Assembly (NCBI GenBank): GCA_963729525.1
Contig: CAVSOB010000010.1
Coordinates: forward strand, 162,860-226,859
DNA length: 64,000 bases
Source: an uncultured Acidobacteriota bacterium
GTDB taxonomy: Bacteria > Acidobacteriota > Terriglobia > Acidiferrales > UBA7541
Direction of reading: 5' to 3'
Shown here: positions 59,147-64,000 of the stretch, piece after piece
How positions within the stretch are numbered: position 1 is the stretch's first letter
How the letters are laid out: every line of letters begins with the position of its first letter
Notes under the pieces: model-generated
What the model was told of the DNA's origin: nothing
What the model saw: the letters and a program-made list of their open reading frames with translations, nothing else
Database searches by the model: none
Program-made: the position numbers and the translations under genes

Positions 59147-62100
59147 CTAGCCGGCTTGGGCAATCGAATCGATTTCGATTGAGTCGCGGCGTGGCGCTTC
59201 GACGGCGACACCATCGCGGAAGGCTACGAAACGGCCTGAAATCGCAGGCACGCGTTCGCCGGGAACGATGATTCCGACGAGATTGAGCGGGTCGGCAGCG
59301 GAAATCGTGATCGTCTCTCCGGATGATTGTTGATCGCGGGTGGCTCGCAATGACTCCACAGCCACCGGCAACGCGAATTGTTCGCCGAGGAAGCCGCTGA
59401 CAAATCTCCCGCCACGAATTTCTCCTCGATCTTCGAGACGGCGGAGGGCCAACAACACTTCTCGCCAGCGCGGAAGAATGGCTTCGCGCGTGAGCACTTC
59501 GCGGAACACCACTCCATAACGATTGAGCAACATCTTGCACGTCGCTTCGAGCGCGGCGGTGCGATCGTCTGCTTCGATTGGATACAGAAGCGACCAGCGG
59601 CCGGCGCTGTGACGCGGGCGCGTAGTGCGTCCATGACCCTGGCCGCTGCGGCGCTTGGGATCGATCAGGGCGCGAAGATTATCGAAGCCGTCGGCGGTGA
59701 TGATTCCGGCTGCGACGAGCTCCCACAGGGCGGATTCGACTTCGGATTTCAGCTTAGCAGTGCCGCGGACGATGTCCGGGAAGAAGGACGCGCCGCGCTG
59801 TTTCAGGAATTGCAGGACTTCGGCCGCGCCCCGGCTTAAGCCTTTTGCGGTGTCCTCGCCCTCTTCTGTGCGCCGTGGCATCATCCATTCGGATTCTTCG
59901 CGGATAAAAAAGGTGATGGGCGCAACACTTGTTGGAATCACGCGGCGTGTGCCTTCGCGGGAGTCGTCGAGCAACGCAGGATGAGGCGAAAGGCGTCCCC
60001 AACCGACAGCGCCGGTGAGGCAGAGCTGGTCGAGGACCTTTGGATCGTAGTTCGCGACGCGACGGCCGAGGATCTGGCGCTCCCAGGCGTTGGCCGGGGC
60101 CTCATAACCCTGAAGCTGGCGTAAAGCCTCGAGCGTGCCGCGCTCGCCAAGCAGCTGCGTGGACGGAGCAACGTGCTGCCAGCGCAGCAGCCAACGCATG
60201 AATTGCGCCGCATTGACGGGTTGGATTTCGTTGCGCAGTCTGCCTAGGGTGAGGCGGTGAATTCGCGCGAGGAGACGGCGATCGCACCATTCGGTTTCGG
60301 GCGTCGAAGGATCGGTGAATTTTCCGCGCAACACGGCGCCGCTGGCTTCGAGCCGCAACAGCCACTTATCAATGTCGTTAGGCGGGATGCCGAGCGCATT
60401 GCCAAGTTGGTTGGAAGTGACCGGACCGGTATGCTGTATCCAGCCGGTGACGAGGGCGAAGGTCGCGTCGTCTTTCGACGGAGTGGCCGCTTCGACGTCG
60501 GCTGCCGGAATTTCGAAATGGGCCGCCGGAAAAATCGCGGAGAACGATTTTGCCTTCTCGGCCGCCACCCAGTAAGTTTGGTCTTGGGTTGTAGCGCGCG
60601 CGGCACGGCCTTGCGCTACGAGCTGATCGAAGAATGATTGCCACGTGCCGGATTCTTCGGCTGTGAGCTGAAATATTTTTGAGTTGCCTTCGTGTGCCTC
60701 TGGGAATGCAATCAAGGTGAGCAGGCCATCGTGCAGCTCGTCGGCGTTGCGTGCGTCGAGCCGAGCTTCTTCGCGCACTTCCGCTATTGCAGCCGGATCA
60801 AGCCCACCGACTTCGGACAGGACTGCTTCGGGCAGCACGCGGCGCATCTCGACCGCGCGGGCGCGGCGCTCTTCGAGCGGGGCATCGTCGAGATAGGCGA
60901 AGGGATTTGCATTGAGGATCTCGTGTGAGAATTGCGATGGAACCGGCGTGTCGACCGCCACGCACCGAATGCTGCCGTCCAGAATGTTGGCGAGAACCTG
61001 TTTCAGGCCGTCGATATCCATCGCTTCGGTGAGCGCGTCTTTCATCACTTCACGCACCAGCGGATGATCGGGTATTCGCAGCTCCCCATCGAGATTTTCC
61101 GGGCACGCGGCGGCATCGGGAAAAACTGCCGCTAGCAGGTCGTCCGCGCGCATTCGCTGAATTTGGGGCGGGACTTTCTTGCCGCCCTGAAAGCGGAGAA
61201 GCATCAGAGCGCGGTTTGCGTCCCAGCGCCAGCGCGCCGTAAAAATGGGAGACGCAAGGACCGCTTGCTCAACCACGCGGTCTAGAGATGCCGGATGCAG
61301 AAATCGAAAAACGTCAGCCAACGGAAAACTGTGCTGCTCGGCAAGCGAGATGTTAAGGCCGTTATCGGTGGCCGCAGCTTGTAGCTCGAGATTGAATGAG
61401 CGGCAGAAGCGTTTGCGCAGCGCGAGGCCCCAGGCCTTATTGATACGGCCGCCGAACGGAGCGTGGATCACGAGCTGCATGCCGCCGCTCTCGTCGAAGA
61501 AACGCTCGGCGACGATCGTTTGTTGCGTTGGCACCGTGCCGAGGACCGCGCGGCCAGCGACCATATATTCGACGATTTGCTCCGCACCCGCATCATCGAG
61601 GCAGCACTGTGCTTTTAGCCATTCGAGCGCGAGCTGTGCTGGTGGAAGATTCTTCACCTGAACGCCTGGCGGAACATCCCGCGTCCGTTCGTCAATTTGC
61701 GCCCGCAGGTCGGCAACCTGCGCGGAGAGTTCCGCGGTACGAGCCGGAGCTTCGCCGCGCCAGAAAGGAACGGTGGGGGCAGCGCCGTGCGCGTCTTCAA
61801 CGATCACTCGACCCATCTGCACGCGCCGAATGCGCCAGGAGGTATTGCCGAGCAGCATGATGTCGCCATGCAGACTTTCGACAGCGAAGTCTTCGTCAAC
61901 AGTGCCTACCATAGTGCCTTCGGGCTCCGCGACAACGGTGTAAAGTGCGTTATCGGGAATCGCGCCTCCGCTCGTGATTGCCGCAAGTCGGCTGCCACGC
62001 CGGCCGCGCACGCGTCCGTTAACGCGGTCACGATGCAGGTATGTGCCATAACGTCCCCGGCGCGCGGCGATACCTTCTGAAAGCATTTCGATGACTGTGT

Positions 62101-63475
62101 CGAATTCGGCGCGCGCGAGATTGCGGTAAGGGTACGCGCGACGAACGCGCTCGAAGAGGCCGTCTTCTTGCCAATCCTCAGCAGAGCACATTGCGACGAT
62201 TTGCTGCGCGAGGACGTCCTGAGGCGCGTCGGGAATTTCAATGCTGTCGAGATCGCCCTGCCGGATCGCGCGAACGAGCGCAGCACATTCGATAAGCTCG
62301 TCGCGGGTGGAAGCGAAGATGCGCCCCCTCGGAATTGCACCGCGCCAGTGGCCAGCGCGGCCGATGCGCTGCAGGGCAGTGGCGATCGAACGTGTGGAGC
62401 CGATCTGACACACGAGATCGACGGCGCCGATATCGATACCAAGCTCCAGCGAAGCGGTGGCGACCAGGGCTCGAATTTCCCCGGATTTCAGCTTGTTTTC
62501 GGCAGCGAGCCGGAGCTTGCGCGAGAGGCTGCCGTGATGCGTAGCGACAGCGTCTTTGCCAAGGCGTTCTTCGAGATGATGGGCAACCCGTTCCGCGAGG
62601 CGGCGCGTGTTGACAAAAACGAGTGTCGAGCGGTGATTGCGAACTAGTTCAGCAACGCGATTGTAAATCTCGTCCCACATTTCATGCGAGGCGACGGGGC
62701 CGAGTTCGCTGGCCGGAACCTCGATTGCGAGATCGAGCGCGCGTTGATGACCGATCTGTATGATCACGGGATCGGGACGGCCGCTGCCGGTAAGAAAATG
62801 CGCTATTAGCTCGATCGGTTTTTGCGTGGCAGAGAGGCCGATTCGCACTGGCGGATGATGGGCAAGTACTTCGAGGCGTTCAAGTGACAGCGCGAGATGC
62901 GAGCCGCGCTTGTCGTCGGCAACGGCATGAATTTCGTCGACAATTACAGTTTCGACAGATTTGAGGATTTCGCGGCTCTTGGCTGCGGTGAGCAAAATGT
63001 ACAGGGATTCGGGCGTCGTAACGAGAATGTGCGGCGGGCGCTCGAGCATTTTGCGGCGCTCATGCATCAGGGTGTCGCCAGTCCGGACTGCGGTGCGAAT
63101 CTCGGGCATCAAAAAGCCGCGTTCGGCTGCGAGTTGCAAAATCTCGCCCAGCGGAATCTCGAGGTTTTTCTGAATATCGTTGCCCAGCGCTTTGAGCGGT
63201 GAGACGTAAAGAACTTCGAGACGGTCAGTTAACTGACCTGCGAGCGCCTTGCGGACCAGGTGATCGATGCAGGCCAGAAATGCAGCGAGTGTTTTGCCTG
63301 AGCCGGTGGGCGCCGATATGAGCGTCGTTTTTCCGGCGAGGATGTGCGGCCAGCCCTGCTCCTGCGGCTCGGTGGGCGTGCCAAGGCGGCGGAGAAACCA
63401 CTCGCGAACGAGCGGGTGAGCCCAATCGAGAGACGCGAATGGCGCGGCTGCGGATTCTGTAATAGCAGGACTCAT
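59147..63475 (-). CDS. lhr: Lhr-family ATP-dependent DEAD/DEAH-box helicase (large helicase-related)
   Basis: 1442 aa. Walker A is APTGSGKT, with DEIH and SATQ, an Lhr-type C-terminal extension and a DEAD-associated region. Confidence 0.9.
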   Translation of the reverse strand: MSPAITESAAAPFASLDWAHPLVREWFLRRLGTPTEPQEQGWPHILAGKTTLISAPTGSGKTLAAFLACIDHLVRKALAGQLTDRLEVLYVSPLKALGNDIQKNLEIPLGEILQLAAERGFLMPEIRTAVRTGDTLMHERRKMLERPPHILVTTPESLYILLTAAKSREILKSVETVIVDEIHAVADDKRGSHLALSLERLEVLAHHPPVRIGLSATQKPIELIAHFLTGSGRPDPVIIQIGHQRALDLAIEVPASELGPVASHEMWDEIYNRVAELVRNHRSTLVFVNTRRLAERVAHHLEERLGKDAVATHHGSLSRKLRLAAENKLKSGEIRALVATASLELGIDIGAVDLVCQIGSTRSIATALQRIGRAGHWRGAIPRGRIFASTRDELIECAALVRAIRQGDLDSIEIPDAPQDVLAQQIVAMCSAEDWQEDGLFERVRRAYPYRNLARAEFDTVIEMLSEGIAARRGRYGTYLHRDRVNGRVRGRRGSRLAAITSGGAIPDNALYTVVAEPEGTMVGTVDEDFAVESLHGDIMLLGNTSWRIRRVQMGRVIVEDAHGAAPTVPFWRGEAPARTAELSAQVADLRAQIDERTRDVPPGVQVKNLPPAQLALEWLKAQCCLDDAGAEQIVEYMVAGRAVLGTVPTQQTIVAERFFDESGGMQLVIHAPFGGRINKAWGLALRKRFCRSFNLELQAAATDNGLNISLAEQHSFPLADVFRFLHPASLDRVVEQAVLASPIFTARWRWDANRALMLLRFQGGKKVPPQIQRMRADDLLAAVFPDAAACPENLDGELRIPDHPLVREVMKDALTEAMDIDGLKQVLANILDGSIRCVAVDTPVPSQFSHEILNANPFAYLDDAPLEERRARAVEMRRVLPEAVLSEVGGLDPAAIAEVREEARLDARNADELHDGLLTLIAFPEAHEGNSKIFQLTAEESGTWQSFFDQLVAQGRAARATTQDQTYWVAAEKAKSFSAIFPAAHFEIPAADVEAATPSKDDATFALVTGWIQHTGPVTSNQLGNALGIPPNDIDKWLLRLEASGAVLRGKFTDPSTPETEWCDRRLLARIHRLTLGRLRNEIQPVNAAQFMRWLLRWQHVAPSTQLLGERGTLEALRQLQGYEAPANAWERQILGRRVANYDPKVLDQLCLTGAVGWGRLSPHPALLDDSREGTRRVIPTSVAPITFFIREESEWMMPRRTEEGEDTAKGLSRGAAEVLQFLKQRGASFFPDIVRGTAKLKSEVESALWELVAAGIITADGFDNLRALIDPKRRSGQGHGRTTRPRHSAGRWSLLYPIEADDRTAALEATCKMLLNRYGVVFREVLTREAILPRWREVLLALRRLEDRGEIRGGRFVSGFLGEQFALPVAVESLRATRDQQSSGETITISAADPLNLVGIIVPGERVPAISGRFVAFRDGVAVEAPRRDSIEIDSIAQAG

Positions 63476-63756
63476 AGAAGAGAACTCGATGCCACCGTGA
63501 GAGAACTGAAGTTTATTGCTGCCGGCGAACTCCTAGAATACTCTTTGCTGACGGCGATGTCATCTTTGTGAAGAAGCTTAGCGAGTGGACTAGGAAGATC
63601 CGGTCATATCTAACGATTTGAAAACGCCACAACGCATTGAAAATAGAAGACGAAGTCGAGTTTAATCGCCATTACACTAGGCCTTGCCGCACGTACCTTG
63701 ACAAGCCGATTCGCGGCCAACAGCTCGCTTGTGTTCGACCTAGAGGAATACCTAAA

Positions 63757-64000
63757 TTGAATGAAAAAACATCTCGCCGCATTCGCATCGAATCGGCCAT
63801 CGCCGCTCCGATATCTATACTCGCGTTGGTCGCGGTCTTATCTCTGGCTGCTCTTTCATCGCGCTCAGCTGCCGCACCGCCGCAATCGGACGACGCCGCT
63901 GCGATCCTCACTCTTCTCAACGATCAAACGGCGGCTTGGAATCGGGGCGATGTCCAGGGCTTTATGAACGGCTATTGGAATTCGGACCAGACCGAATTTG
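63757..64000 (+). CDS. SnoaL/NTF2-like (DUF4440-like) protein, 3' end outside the window
   Basis: This is not in the ORF track because the window holds no stop codon. TTG at 63757 lies 9 nt after AGAGGA. The product has a signal-like segment AAPISILALVAVLSLAAL, then ILTLLNDQTAAWNRGDVQGFMNGYWNSDQTEF. The listed ORF 63761-63967 is in a different frame. Confidence 0.55.
   Translation, partial: MNEKTSRRIRIESAIAAPISILALVAVLSLAALSSRSAAAPPQSDDAAAILTLLNDQTAAWNRGDVQGFMNGYWNSDQTEF

Noticed and set aside
63761-63967. 68-aa ORF-track entry at the right edge
   Set aside because: It is in the wrong frame. The adjacent frame, starting at TTG 63757, gives a signal peptide plus a SnoaL-like motif and stays open to the end of the window.

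Overview
This is a 64-kb, high-GC bacterial chromosomal segment, dense with housekeeping genes. The gene content suggests Acidobacteriota (Terriglobia-like). Supporting this are a TIGR03436-type VWA protein, a Ser/Thr kinase fused to a TolB-type propeller, DUF2911, DUF3500 and DinB proteins, and typical dispersed intergenic repeats; the taxon call is inference only.

I support about 50 protein genes:
- Central carbon metabolism: pyk, gpmI, eno, glgC, sucA.
- Translation: efp, rpsU.
- Peptidases: M24, S9, M20, rhomboid.
- Transporters: OPT, CDF, DedA.
- An EPS export trio: Wza-like, Wzc-like and an epimerase.
- Signalling: a large hybrid histidine kinase with a downstream REC/RsbW-like gene, and a STAS protein.
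- DNA repair: Ku and a 1442-aa Lhr helicase.

I found no rRNA gene, tRNA gene, CRISPR array, prophage or classical IS.

The observations most worth a second look are:
1. A DedA-rhodanese fusion whose rhodanese domain runs in frame through a TGA in the active-site loop, with a SECIS-like hairpin directly downstream. This is a candidate selenoprotein that an ORF caller truncates.
2. A roughly 27-nt dispersed repeat with 6 full copies and 1 half copy. Two inverted copies bracket a decayed GIY-YIG nuclease gene, giving a mobile-cassette-like architecture.
3. A 940-bp ORF-free region upstream of sucA. It holds an exact 15-nt copy of the 16S rRNA 3' terminus (a perfect extended Shine-Dalgarno on the other strand, followed by mini-ORFs), a promoter-plus-terminator-delimited candidate sRNA, and repeated TCTAAT(C/A)GC boxes.
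4. A secreted protein built from four ~65-aa modules around an 11-aa Asp/Arg tandem-repeat core.
5. An MBL-fold hydrolase fused to an intact PilZ domain.

All functional calls come from motif recognition in the supplied translations. No database search was run.
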